A stretch of 64,000 nucleotides of DNA from Candidatus Poribacteria bacterium (GCA_046582655.1 JAYGDX010000063.1:53277-117276); one strand, 5' to 3'; shown: positions 1 to 12,200, numbered from the stretch's first letter. Translations and numbers: made by a program. Notes: generated by a model from the letters alone, not told the origin.

Positions 1-2
1 GA

Positions 3-767
3 ATTGCTAAATATGCCAAGGATATTGCAGAAACATGTGAAATCCTGTATCTGAGCGTTGATGGATCAAATGCTGAAATTCACGATAATCAGCGTCCAGC
101 AGTCTCAGCAAGATATAGTAATTTTCAAGATGTTGAAGCGGCACTTCAAAAAGTAAGAGAAGAAAAAAATAAAAATAATTCGCCTTTCCCGTACATTATC
201 CCACTGAGTTGTATTACAGCCTATAACATAAATGATGTGGTTGACCTATACAAGTTCACCAGCCAGTATGCTGATGCCCAAATCCTTTATCTTACGTGGT
301 GGATTGATCAAAAATCCGCAATAGAGCACTCGGATGACTTTGAGCGCCGTTTTGGTAAAAAGCCGCAAACTCACTATGGCTGGATTGGAGAATGGAACCA
401 GTTTGATCACGGCATCATTCTTGAAAAATACCATGAGATGATACGTATCTCGCAACAGAGAAATACTTGCCCACCGATGATGATGCCGGAACTCCATACA
501 AAAGAAGAAATTAATACATACTACACAGACCATTCTGAAACCTTTGGTTACAATCAATGCGTTTCTATCTACATGACAATGGAAATTGACAGTAACGGTG
601 ACGTAAGTCTTTGCCGAGATTACCATGACTATATTATCGGCAATATTCAAAGAGATCCAGTAGCTGAGATGTGGAACAACGAGGCAGCTATTCGTTTCCG
701 GAAGTCAATTAGTACTGAAGGTCTCATGCCTGTCTGCCGACGCTGTTGTGGATTAATGGGTTATTAG
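3..767 (+). CDS. Radical SAM/SPASM-domain protein, 5'-truncated by the window edge
   Basis: Frame is open from base 3 (LYLSVDGSNAEIHDNQR, radical SAM core). C-terminal SPASM motif C...DSNGDVSLC...IGNI...W...CRRCC. Confidence 0.8.
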   Translation: MAKYAKDIAETCEILYLSVDGSNAEIHDNQRPAVSARYSNFQDVEAALQKVREEKNKNNSPFPYIIPLSCITAYNINDVVDLYKFTSQYADAQILYLTWWIDQKSAIEHSDDFERRFGKKPQTHYGWIGEWNQFDHGIILEKYHEMIRISQQRNTCPPMMMPELHTKEEINTYYTDHSETFGYNQCVSIYMTMEIDSNGDVSLCRDYHDYIIGNIQRDPVAEMWNNEAAIRFRKSISTEGLMPVCRRCCGLMGY

Positions 768-784
768 ACAAAATCCGAATTGAA

Positions 785-2254
785 ATGCCTCTCATTCTAA
801 CAATTAATGCTGATAACTTATCCCTCAGGTATCAGTGTTTTGAGATGGTGGGCGAGGTTTGCCTTGCCAAAGGGAAATTTGATCGCCTTAATAATTCAAT
901 TCCGGAATTGATCTATGAGCGGCATGATGGAGACAGCTATCAGTTAGAAGTTCCTCAAGTGACCTACGACAACGTCTTTTCATTTATTCCGGCAACTCTG
1001 CTCGATAAAGAACATGGTATTATTGATGATATATCAGTAATTGCTGCCGTTGGACATTGCGTCGTTCATGGTGGGGTTCATTTTGCTGAATCGCAACTCA
1101 TTACGCCACTGACAGAGGGATTGATTGAACAAAACAATCATCTTGCCCCACTGCATAACCCCTTCAATTTAAAAGGGATTCGGTCATGTCGCAAAATTAT
1201 GCCAGACACACCGCAAGTAGCTGTTTTTGATACAGCTTTCCATCAATCAATCCCTGATTATGCTCAGGTCTATCCTATTCCATACGAATTTTACATGGAG
1301 CATGATATTCGTCGTTATGGATTTCACGGAATATCTCATCGTTACGTGTCACATCGCGCCGCTAAAATGTTAGGACGTTCTCTCTCTAATCTTAAGCTCA
1401 TCTCCTGTCACCTTGGAAATGGGTGTAGCGTTACAGCGATTGATGGCGGCCGATCTGTTGATACTAGTATGGGATTTACGCCGCTTGAAGGATTGATGAT
1501 GGGTACCTGTAGTGGAGATATTGATCCAGCCATTATCTTCCATTTGGTTAGAAAACACGGTATGTCAATCGGCGATATTGAAGAGTTGCTAACTAAAAAT
1601 AGCGGCTTACTTGGTATTTCAGGTGTCGAATTAGATATTAGGGAACTTCTTAACACGACCATAATGGATAACGAGCGTATACTGCTTGCCTTAAAAATGT
1701 TCTGCTATCGTGTTAGCCAATACATTGGTAAATACGTCGCCTCACTTGGTGGACTTGACGCTCTCATCTTTACAGGTGAGATTGGAGGAAACATGGCGCG
1801 AATTCGGTCGAAAATCTGTGAAAAACTTGGCTTTTTAGGTATCGAAATTGATCCGAATAAAAATAGTAATCGGGTATGCGAAAAAGAAATTAACCGTGAC
1901 AACGCAACGGTTCAAACACTCCTCATCCCAACGAATGAGGAACTGATGATTGCACGGGATACACTTGATCTTGTCCAACAACCACCAGAACAGATTGATC
2001 AAATTACGCGATTTTCACGCTTGGTGAAAATGGCTGAAAAGCGTGACGAACAACCTGTATCCGTGCAGTTACTTGATCAACCCAACCAGAAAGACAATGT
2101 CGAACCACATCCTCAGAATTCAAAGCTTCAGCAACCATTAGCATTAGTTGATGGGCAAGGCACGATTGAACATCCAGAGCTAAAAGGAACCACGGACACC
2201 GAGCCACCAGTCGCACCGAGCGCATGGTTGTCGGTCTACAATGAAAAGAAGTAA
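785..2254 (+). CDS. ackA: Acetate kinase homologue with substituted catalytic residues and a ~90-aa C-terminal extension
   Basis: APLHNP, VFDTAFHQ, YGFHG, HLGNG, DTSMGFTPLEGLMMGT and IPTNEELMIA motifs. ATG at 785 preferred over the GTG at 746, which overlaps the upstream gene. Confidence 0.85.
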   Translation: MPLILTINADNLSLRYQCFEMVGEVCLAKGKFDRLNNSIPELIYERHDGDSYQLEVPQVTYDNVFSFIPATLLDKEHGIIDDISVIAAVGHCVVHGGVHFAESQLITPLTEGLIEQNNHLAPLHNPFNLKGIRSCRKIMPDTPQVAVFDTAFHQSIPDYAQVYPIPYEFYMEHDIRRYGFHGISHRYVSHRAAKMLGRSLSNLKLISCHLGNGCSVTAIDGGRSVDTSMGFTPLEGLMMGTCSGDIDPAIIFHLVRKHGMSIGDIEELLTKNSGLLGISGVELDIRELLNTTIMDNERILLALKMFCYRVSQYIGKYVASLGGLDALIFTGEIGGNMARIRSKICEKLGFLGIEIDPNKNSNRVCEKEINRDNATVQTLLIPTNEELMIARDTLDLVQQPPEQIDQITRFSRLVKMAEKRDEQPVSVQLLDQPNQKDNVEPHPQNSKLQQPLALVDGQGTIEHPELKGTTDTEPPVAPSAWLSVYNEKK

Positions 2255-4940
2255 GCTTTTTGACAAACTACCTATTTGGATTGAAAGGGAACTTCTTGTC
2301 TTTTCCCTTTTCTTCATATGTATCCTCGTTCCACCAACCAACCAAACACACGCCCAGATTACTGACATTGAATATCTCATCGACCGGCTTGATGCAAATG
2401 AAATATTTACCCGACAAGCAGCAATAGATAAATTGGCTGAAATTGGCGAGCCAGCGTTCCCTTACCTTGCATCTATTCTCAAGCGGGGCAAGCCCGTCGC
2501 CAGAAGTTCCGCAATTCGTGTATTGAGCAAAATTGGACATTCTGCCATTCCAATTCTCTCAATCGCGGTCAAAGATCCAACACTCCAGGAACAGAAAGAT
2601 CCAGTACTCGGCGTGCGGAAAGATCCAGTACCCGACACACAGAAAGAAGCGATTGAGAGTCTCAGAGATTTCGGTTTTCCCGTTCTAATTGTTCCCCTTT
2701 TGACGCATGGAAACTCAAATGTTCGACGAGATCTTGCCTATGCCTTAGGTGAAATGGCAAAATCAGTCTCTGCCCGTGATGACAATGATTTTCGTGAGGT
2801 GGTTCCTGCGCTGGTGCAGGCATTGGACGATCAAAATAGGGAAGTCCAACTTCACGCAATTAATGCCCTCGGAAAAATGAAGGGTTTTGCGCGCACCTAC
2901 AAGGACACTTTGCAAAAAATGTTCAGCAAATTCCAATTTAGCATTGCCCATCGATTCAGAGATGAATTGGAAGAGGGCAACGATTTTATACTTCCTTTTT
3001 CGATGCCACTGGATTTGAGGTCTGAACTTGATCTGGGTGTTACCATCCCACCAGAACTCCTTGAGCAATTTACATTATCGGGTATTCCAATCTCAGATAA
3101 AGTAACCCTTGCAACGCAAAAAAAGCATAAAAGTTGGATTATCAGCGATGATGGGAATAAGCAGATTTACACCTTGAAACGCACTAACGAGGATATCGAT
3201 GTTCATCGTACTAGTATTTCCAGAAACTTACAACTCGCACTGGAGGAAAAGGGACTTTACGTATCCAGAAAAGCTAGAATTGATCAGGTAACGCCAAAAC
3301 GTACTTGGTTGCTGATTGATCGAAATCAGATATATACGGTTGAATATAACCCACCACGAATTGATTTTTCGCTGAACCATGAAGATCCAGAAATACGAAC
3401 CGCGATTGTCGAAGCGATGGTGCAGATCCTAGCCCCATCTGAGATTGGGGAGTACCTGATAAAAATGCTGGATGATCCCAATCGATCTGTGAGTGGCGCG
3501 GCTGCCAGAGCGATGTCGAAAGTCAGCGGTAAAGGAGAAGAGAAACTCGTCAAAGAACTTATTGATCGTCTCCGTTCAAAAGTGTCCAGATCTCAGTTTT
3601 ATGCAGCTGTCGCGCTTGGCAAAATAAAAGCTTATAGTGCAACTGGTGAACTATTAAAGATGCTCAAAGATGACAACCATGCTAACGATGCTATAGCCGC
3701 AGATGTTCTGGGGCAGATTCTGGATCAAGATCCGCAAATACCAGCAATTTTGCCTAAGGGTGATAATGACCAGAACTTGGCAAATGAACCAGATCACAAG
3801 AAAATCGTAGAAGCATTGGTAGAAACACTTAAACACGAAAATTTCATTGTCCGACTGAGTGTGGTTGAAACCCTAGGCAAAATTGGAAAATCAGCAAAGA
3901 GTAAGGATAGACTACTTCTCACAAAGAATCTGATTGGATTACTCAGTGACAGCAATCTACAGGTTCGTCAGAAAACAGCACTGGCTTTAGGTAAGATTAA
4001 AGAACCTGCTGAGTTGATCGTATCGCAATTGACGGTTAGTGTCTTGAAAGATTATGATGTTCGTACCGCTGCTATCACGGCACTTGGTGAAATCGGTCAG
4101 GAAGCTGAAAGAGCCATGCCAACCGTAAAAGAGGCACTGAATGATTCATCCGGAGAAGTCAGAGCAAGCGCTGTCCGGGCGATCGTAAAGATTTCACAAC
4201 AAAACAAGGAGGATGATGTTCTGAATCAAGTCAGACGTATTCTAGATCAAGACATCAACGAAGATGTCAAAGCAGCGGCAGCCCTGGCATTAGCTGATTT
4301 TCATAGTCTCAGCGTTAAAACTATAGATCAAATCAAAGCTGACAAAATCTTATCAGCTTTGGTGCGTTCCCTAGGAGATCCCAGCCAGAAAGTACAAGTG
4401 AACACCATAGAGGCCCTTAAGAGGATAGGTTCTGCTGCAGCTCCCACATTACTTGACGCGCAAAAAAGCACCAACCACAGAATTGTCAGAAATACCGCTA
4501 TTGTTTTAGCCGATATTGGCACCCAACATTCAGCGAAATGGGGAACACGAGTCCTTCAATTACTTTTTAAATTATCCAAGGATAAGGAAGCCGATTATCA
4601 TCGTAAGATAATTGATCTGTTAAAAGGCTTTGACAAACTCGCAAAGTTAAATTTCTTAAAAGAAAAGTTGAATGACGAGATTATCGATGATCAAATCCAT
4701 TCAGTATATCTTCTTGGTGAAATAAAGGAACCACCTAATGAAATTATTCTAATATTAATTGAGACATTAGAGAGCTCCGACCCACATTCAACAGAGGAAT
4801 TCAAAGTTTTTGTGGAAGCACATCGAGCACTGCTAAACTTCAGGATATCGAAGGCTAACGAGGCTTTGATCAAAGAACGAGTCAGGGCATGGCGAAAACG
4901 GAAAACCCAGAGGCAACAGAAAACATCAGAAGTACCTTAA
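2241..4940 (+). CDS. HEAT (PBS-lyase-like) repeat protein with N-terminal signal/TM segment and an internal non-HEAT insert
   Basis: Many L.D.....VR..AA.ALG.IG repeats and a hydrophobic N-terminus. Confidence 0.85.
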   Translation: MKRSKLFDKLPIWIERELLVFSLFFICILVPPTNQTHAQITDIEYLIDRLDANEIFTRQAAIDKLAEIGEPAFPYLASILKRGKPVARSSAIRVLSKIGHSAIPILSIAVKDPTLQEQKDPVLGVRKDPVPDTQKEAIESLRDFGFPVLIVPLLTHGNSNVRRDLAYALGEMAKSVSARDDNDFREVVPALVQALDDQNREVQLHAINALGKMKGFARTYKDTLQKMFSKFQFSIAHRFRDELEEGNDFILPFSMPLDLRSELDLGVTIPPELLEQFTLSGIPISDKVTLATQKKHKSWIISDDGNKQIYTLKRTNEDIDVHRTSISRNLQLALEEKGLYVSRKARIDQVTPKRTWLLIDRNQIYTVEYNPPRIDFSLNHEDPEIRTAIVEAMVQILAPSEIGEYLIKMLDDPNRSVSGAAARAMSKVSGKGEEKLVKELIDRLRSKVSRSQFYAAVALGKIKAYSATGELLKMLKDDNHANDAIAADVLGQILDQDPQIPAILPKGDNDQNLANEPDHKKIVEALVETLKHENFIVRLSVVETLGKIGKSAKSKDRLLLTKNLIGLLSDSNLQVRQKTALALGKIKEPAELIVSQLTVSVLKDYDVRTAAITALGEIGQEAERAMPTVKEALNDSSGEVRASAVRAIVKISQQNKEDDVLNQVRRILDQDINEDVKAAAALALADFHSLSVKTIDQIKADKILSALVRSLGDPSQKVQVNTIEALKRIGSAAAPTLLDAQKSTNHRIVRNTAIVLADIGTQHSAKWGTRVLQLLFKLSKDKEADYHRKIIDLLKGFDKLAKLNFLKEKLNDEIIDDQIHSVYLLGEIKEPPNEIILILIETLESSDPHSTEEFKVFVEAHRALLNFRISKANEALIKERVRAWRKRKTQRQQKTSEVP
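2571..2642 (+). repeat. Three imperfect 24-bp tandem units inside the HEAT gene (KDPTLQEQ/KDPVLGVR/KDPVPDTQ)
   Basis: aaagatcca starts at 2571, 2595 and 2619. Confidence 0.8.
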
Positions 4941-4941
4941 A

Positions 4942-6237
4942 ATGTATACAAAAATTACAGTTGGGTTTCTAGTTTTGCTGATTTTCAGCCCGCTTCTGCC
5001 TGCTCAATGGATTCTTGTACCGATGGACGAATCACAGACAAATCACCTCAAGGCATACGGGCTTACCTACTGGACCCTTGAAACTCCACGCGAATACAGT
5101 GTGAAATGGCTACTGAACTATCGTGGTGGTGCATTTTTGTTGGTAGATACACCAGACATTCGAAAGCAATCATACGAAATGGGGGTAAATTTCGAGTCAT
5201 TATCCAATATTGATTACGCGACAATACAGACTGAAATCGAGAACAGCAACATGGATGAGATCTTGCTTGAGAAAGCCCCAAAGGTTGCTGTTTATCGCCC
5301 TCATGACAACAGCCCTTATCGGGATCCTTGGGATGATGCAGTTAAAATCGCCATGGATTACGCGGACATACCCTATGATACTGTTTGGGATGAGGAGATC
5401 ATAGAAGGTGTGTTGTTTGCAAAGGAATACGACTGGTTACACCTTCATCATGAGGACTTTACAGGCCAATACGGCAAGTTCTACGCCTCTTTTCGAGATC
5501 AGGTATGGTATCAACAACGTGTGCGGATGTACCAAGATGTTGCTCAAAAATCGGGGTTCAACAGTGTCGCTCGACACAAAGGTCATATTGCCAAACTCAT
5601 TCGAGATTATGTCGTGAGGGGAGGATTTTTATTTGCAATGTGTTCAGCACCTGAAACACTTGATATTGCTTTGGCGGCTGATAGTGGTCGAATTGACATC
5701 GTCGCGCCTGAGATCGATGGTACACCAGTTAAAGCCAACTATCAATCAAAACTCAAATTCGATCAAACATTCACCTTCAAAGATTTTAAACTTTATCCTA
5801 ATCCGAATCGATACGAGTTTTCAAATATCGATAACCCACAGCCAGAGCTTAATCCGCTCTCTGGGGTTGAGGATTTTATACTCTTCGAATTTGCCGCTAA
5901 ACACGACCCCATTCCAACAATGCTGACGCAGAATCACAAAGCCCGGATTTCCGGTTACCTCGGTCAAACAACGTCATTCAATAAGAACACCATCCATCAG
6001 TCCACAACCATTCTTGCAGAAATCGAGGGTACTGAGTATGCCAAGTATATTCATGGAAATTTGGGCAAAGGCACCTTCACCTTCCTAGCTGGGCATGATC
6101 CAGAAGATTATCGGCACCTGGTCGGTGAAGGACGGATTCCTACCAATCTTAACCTCCATAAACATTCGTCGGGATACCGGTTGATTTTAAATAATATTTT
6201 ATTTCCAGCCGCCAAAAAGAAACCGCAAAAGACGTAA
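4942..6237 (+). CDS. Secreted conserved protein with class-I glutamine amidotransferase-like region (FCB-group family often labelled asparagine synthetase B)
   Basis: Signal peptide; NHLKAYG, WLLNYRGG, WLHLHHEDFTGQYGKFY, FAMCSA, GHDPEDY and GYRLILNN motifs. Confidence 0.7.
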   Translation: MYTKITVGFLVLLIFSPLLPAQWILVPMDESQTNHLKAYGLTYWTLETPREYSVKWLLNYRGGAFLLVDTPDIRKQSYEMGVNFESLSNIDYATIQTEIENSNMDEILLEKAPKVAVYRPHDNSPYRDPWDDAVKIAMDYADIPYDTVWDEEIIEGVLFAKEYDWLHLHHEDFTGQYGKFYASFRDQVWYQQRVRMYQDVAQKSGFNSVARHKGHIAKLIRDYVVRGGFLFAMCSAPETLDIALAADSGRIDIVAPEIDGTPVKANYQSKLKFDQTFTFKDFKLYPNPNRYEFSNIDNPQPELNPLSGVEDFILFEFAAKHDPIPTMLTQNHKARISGYLGQTTSFNKNTIHQSTTILAEIEGTEYAKYIHGNLGKGTFTFLAGHDPEDYRHLVGEGRIPTNLNLHKHSSGYRLILNNILFPAAKKKPQKT

Positions 6238-9200
6238 TGATTGGGCATAAACCGAACCTATTGGCTTTTACGCTTTTCATTGTTTTTTTTTGCAATTCCA
6301 TAGCCAAATCGGAATTGATAATAACTGTCCTTGATCAAACCGGAAGACCAATTTTTCCAGTTCGAGTTCAAATCTTTCCTAATGAGCTCAATCCGGATAA
6401 TGAAGTTGAACCTATTTCCCCACCAAGCCCACGCGCTGATGGACTCATTGGCTTTGTCACAGATTCAAATGGCAGGGTGAAAGCCGATCTGACGAATGGC
6501 AATTATAGTATTGTTGCATCACCTGACCTTGATTCTGGAAATATCCGCCAAAGTTTTTTAATCATAAAGAATGTTTCAGCACCAGGAAAAGCAACGCTTT
6601 TCACTAACCAGGCGGTACCAGTAACCGTTTCAGCAATTGGTAAAGACCCGTATGTAGGTTCCCTAGGGCCGCTTATTGCTGCCCGTGTTTACTTTAGAGC
6701 TAGCAAACGCGCAGTTGGATATGTTGGCACTTTAAATAACGATGGTCAGTTGCTAACCTCAATTTCACCAGGGAACTACCATATTGTGATAAAGGGATCG
6801 ATTGCTTTACATTACGTTGTACTACAGAACAAGCAGATCTCAGAGATACAGAATACAGTTACTTTTGATGGTTCACAAACGCCAACTGCTAGCCTTGCGT
6901 TTAAACTCCCTGAAAATACTGTGCTGGTTCTAAACGAGGTACTGTCAACAAATGTCTCTCACGAGTTCATCGACATCATTGAGAATCAGATTGGCTATGA
7001 TGCTGCTTACACTGATTCCTTCTCTCTTGCTTTTAGCGACTCTTCCCCTACACTACAACTCATTCCTGATTTAATTTATCAGTTCAACCTGAGTTATATT
7101 ATTGATTTTAATGGAGAACTTTATGCCTATGAACTTCGGGTTAATGATTTTCAGATTGATCACCCTCGAACCTATACACTTGGTAATTCTGGTAATTCAC
7201 CATTTAAGTTGCAATCATCGACACCTTCTCAGACCTATCATCCAGGTGATGAGGTACAGGTTGAGTTCGACATTCGAGACACCCTTGGCAATCAGCTATG
7301 GCGTGTGTTTAACTATTCAGGTGCGCGACTCGTTTTTCCTTTCGTGGTTGTGCAAGATCCAAACGGAATTGTCATTGCTAGCAATCAGATAACTAACGAG
7401 CTACCAGAAGATTTTTTTTATTTTGATTTCCTTCTCCCTCTGACAACCCAACCCGGTGTGTATCGTGTAGATGTGAGTTTGGATGGAAAACTTTATGGCA
7501 AGATGAACGACTATTTTCACTTCAGCGTAATTCCAAAAATCACATCAAATCCGCCGATTATTTCCGATGTTAGTGCTCCAACTGAAATCCAATCGAATGG
7601 CACTATCCAAATCGCCGCTGACATTCAGGGCTCAAGCTTTAACAATATTTCACTCAAGTTATCCAACCGATTTGGTAAGACGGATTTCTTACCCACTGGT
7701 GCCCATAAAGATCGATATTCATGGCAAATCGATCCGATTACCTATCAAAGCTATGGTGAAAGCATTAATTGGCAAATTGCAGCTATTAATTCACATGGCC
7801 TGCAATCTAAAAAAAATGGTCAAATTACTGTAGTCCAAGCTGATCCGCTGATAATTTCACCCTCTTTGTCTGGAGACAAAATTCAGCTTTCAATTGATGA
7901 GAAACAAGTTGATCCGGTGTTAATTCCTGTAGGTTCCGTACAGGAATTCTATATTGACGGTAAAAACCCAATTTGGAATGTCAGTAGCGGCATTGGCACA
8001 ATAGATCAGGACGGGAAATTTTATTCACATACGGAAGCTGAACGATTCGGACAGGTGTCAGCAACGTTGCTTGTTTCATCTAACGAACTTGGCCGGCTTG
8101 TCCAAGCTTCAATAAATATCAAACTAGTTCCTACTGGCGCCAGTCAATTGTCAATAAATCCACATCCGAAAATTGTGCTTGTTGCAGGTGATAAAAGAGA
8201 ATTTCAAGTAACCTCTGCCGATGTCTTTGGCAACAAAATCAAGATGTTGATAAACCGAATTCATTGGCACGTTGATGGTAATATCGGTGAGGTAACCAAT
8301 AATATACTCTTTGCTCAGAAAATCGGGAACGGACGGGTCACTGCCATTTATGAGAATTTGACAGCTTCGATAGGGATCGAGGTCGTTGTTGGAGATTTAA
8401 AGTCAATTGAAATCTTACCAGAAACTATTAAACTGCGCGCGGGCGAAGTTCAAAAGTTGAAGGCGACCGCCAAAGATATGCGAGGAAATCAGGTTGAAGT
8501 TAATCCAATATGGTCAGTTGATGGCGGATTAGGAATTATTCGCAATAATACTTTCATCGCAAAAAATGCGGGTGAAGGAAAAATTTCGGCTACAATTTTC
8601 AATCTGATGGTAGCGATTCGAGCCATAGTCATACCAAATAATCTGCATAATATCACAATCGATCCGTTCATCTCTTACCTGCCGGTATCGAACGATAAAA
8701 TGACATATACTTATAAGTTTGTGGCACAAGGCTGGGATGTCGCGGGAAACCCGGTATCAATTCAAAATAACAGATGGGTTGTTGACACAGCAGCTGGCGT
8801 CATTAACCCCGATGGGCTGATGACATCAATTAACCAAGCTAATTCCCAGACTCTTGGCCATATCGTAATCAACGGTACCATATGGTCTTACGGCCAAACG
8901 ATAAATGGACAAGAGGCGGCAGCCGGTAAAGGCGTTGTTGTTATACAAAGTAGTGTTCCCGGCCCAGCACAGAGCTTAGCTATTACACTAAATAATTTTG
9001 ATCAAATCATAGGACGCTATACTATTGCCGTTGGTAAATCTCAAAATTTTGAAGCTATCGGTCTCGATCGGAAGAATCAGCGGACGCAGATTCTTCCGAG
9101 ATGGTCAGTAAACGGTGACATAGGTATCATCAATCCCAGTGGTAACTTCACCGCCACACGTCTTGGAATAGGAACTATCATCGCTACAAACGTCGGTCTT

Positions 9201-12200
9201 ACAACTCAGGTCCAGGTTAAGGTAACACCCGGAATTTTGGATCGACTTGTTCTTAACCCTCCTTATCTTTCTATGCAAGTCGGTGAAAGCTATAATTTAT
9301 CAATATCCGGCTTTGACGCATCAGGAAATTCCGTTCCTGTCGATCAACATCAATTGACATGGTCAATTAATCCCCAAGCTATCATCATTGATCAGAATGG
9401 GCAGTTAACAGCAAAGGCTGCAAAAACAACAAAGGTTAAGGCAGAAATAGGCGACCGCAACGCAATTACACAAATCTTTATCAAACCTGATCCAACACCT
9501 AGCTTAGTAAATTTCACGCCTGTGGCGACAATGACGGTTGCTATCCCCAGCGTCCCGACCATGAAGTTTTCGATGCCGCCCAATCCGAATCTAAAAACCG
9601 AAAAGTTGATTATCATTCCTCAGGAACCAATAGAACTGCAAGTCGGTGACACACAAGATTTTCATGTGATCGCGATCTTTTGGAATGCAGAATTAACAAA
9701 AAAAGAAATTCATCCAATTCCCGCTTTTTGGCAGGTTTCAACCGGATTAGGAACCATAGACGCCAACGGACGTTTTGTTGCCCGCAGCCCTGGGGCCGGC
9801 GAAGTCCGAGCAACAAATGGAAGCATGAGTGTCACTCAATTAATGGCAGTTAAAGCCGATAGAATATTTCTAAATAGATCTATACCGATAGCCTCGCACA
9901 TTGTCAGCTGGAAAGTTACCGGTGACAGTACTGTACGTGCGGGAGATCAATTGCAACTGGCAGCGTTTGGCCAAACAGCTAGTGGAAAGGTTCAATACAT
10001 CCGCCCAACTTATGAAATATTCGCAGGGAAAAACATCGGGCACATTTCAACAGACGGAATCTTCTATGCCAACCAAACTGGAATAGGACGAATTATCGCA
10101 CAGATACCTGGGAATCCCGTTCTACCATCTCAACGCATTTCAATCGAAGTTGTGCCAAATCGTCCAATCTTTGCCCAACTCGAACCTAACCAAGTTATCA
10201 ATAAAGGAAATGAAACTGATAATACCCAATTTAGGCTGATAGCGTTTGATCTATATGGAAACCGCACTAAATTGCCTGAAATACCGGTAGCTTGGGATGT
10301 CATTGGAGACGTAGGTATCATTTCGACTAGTGGTGTTTTTAGTCCCAAAACAGATATCAATCTCGACCAAGTAGGAGAAGTGATTGCAACCATTGATGAA
10401 GCGAACTTAGTAGCTAGAGCACAGATCCGACATTATGTATCTACAAATCAAGTAGTTCAAGTTCAAGTTGAACCGGATAAAATCAACTTATTCCCCGGCG
10501 CAAGTTTCCAATTCCATTTGATCACCCAAGACCTTAAGAAACACCTAGTCGAAACAAAACCAGTATGGAAAATAATCGGCGAAGGGCTGATCAGTGATGA
10601 TGGTTGGCTAACAGTTAATCAAGATGCCGCAATTGGCAAAACTATTCAAGTCATTGGCATAGGAAGTGGGCCTAACTGGAAGTATTCATCTACAGCGCAA
10701 GTTACCGTAAAAGCCATGCCGCTTGCAAGATTGGAGATTCAGAACCTTGATAACAAGTTCGAAGCTGATATTAAAGACGTCATTCGATTTAAAGCTTTAG
10801 GTTTTGATAAAAACAACAATTCGGTCATAGTAACTCCGAAATGGTCTGTTCATCCAGCACTCGGCAATTTTGAAATCAAAGATGACCTTGTCAAGTTTTC
10901 GCCGACTTCCGTCGGGAATTTCCAAATTCAGGCTCTAGAGAAGGGTATTGCCAGTATTGTTGATATTCATATTCTCTCTTCGGAAGTGGGTGGTAGTCTT
11001 CGAATTGAGTTCAGAAGTTCAAGTTCACATCAACCGATTAAAGGGCTTGGAACGACTGAAGATCCGGTGCTTCTGAAGGCTGGAGCGAAACTTCTCCTCG
11101 TTGCCTTAATGGACGAGGAGGTTATTAAGGCCAACTGGAAAGTGGGCGGTCAAGGGGACGTTTACTCCACAAGGGAAAATGTATCCTGGTTCCGTTCAAC
11201 TATAGTAGACCACAGTCTAATAGAAATTATCACTTCAACCGGTAATATCTCCACATCAATTTTTGTTCGTATTGTTAACGAGGATCTTGCCATGTTACGC
11301 CTGATTCCGGAGACAACTTCGATCTTGCTAGATTCAAGTGGTATATTACAACCGAGGCAATTCACGTACATTGGCCTTGATTCTTATGGAAATATAATCC
11401 CTGACAATAAGCTAAATTCACCGAATTGGTCGATAGAAGGTAAAATTGGTGAGATCACCAACTCAGGAGTTTTTACACCTATTAAAACCAACTCCAATAC
11501 ATCGGTCACTGGGTTGGTTATAGCTAGTATTAATGGGATTATAGGCAACGCAAACGTCATAATTCTCTCCGAGATTGGAGATTTGGCTTTTCTCGAGGCT
11601 ATACCATCAGCGAAACAAGTATCAGCTGGAAATTCAATCCAGATCTCATTGGTTGGAAGAGACGCTCAAGGAAACCGACTACCGAAAATCAATCAAAATC
11701 TAACAATAGTAACTATCCCAGAAATCGGACGTGTAGAAAAGGTGAAAAAGGCCTGGACATATCACGCACCCGAAACACTGCCAGCCGATCGCATGATAAA
11801 TATATTGGCAAAATCCGATAACAATATATCCTCACCCAAGATTGAAATTGAATTATTGACAGGCTATTTTGCTGATATAGACCTAGAGCCAAGAAGTTTA
11901 ACGCTACGTGCAGGTGAAACGCAAAACTTCGAATTAACCGCATTCGATGTCTTCGGAAATATCATTGATCTATCAGTCCTAACCGATCAACCAAAGTGGA
12001 TGTTATCAAAACCAATCGGCGAGATATCGCAAACTGGGACTTATACAGCTACTCAGATCGGTACCATCCAAGTCACGATTAAATCTGGTAGGGTTGAAGC
12101 CAGCGCAGAAGTCACTGTTACAGCTGGTAACATTACTTCGCTGCAAATTGTTCCTGACAATTTGGTTATCTCTGCCGGTGAAGTAGCTGAATTTCAGCTT

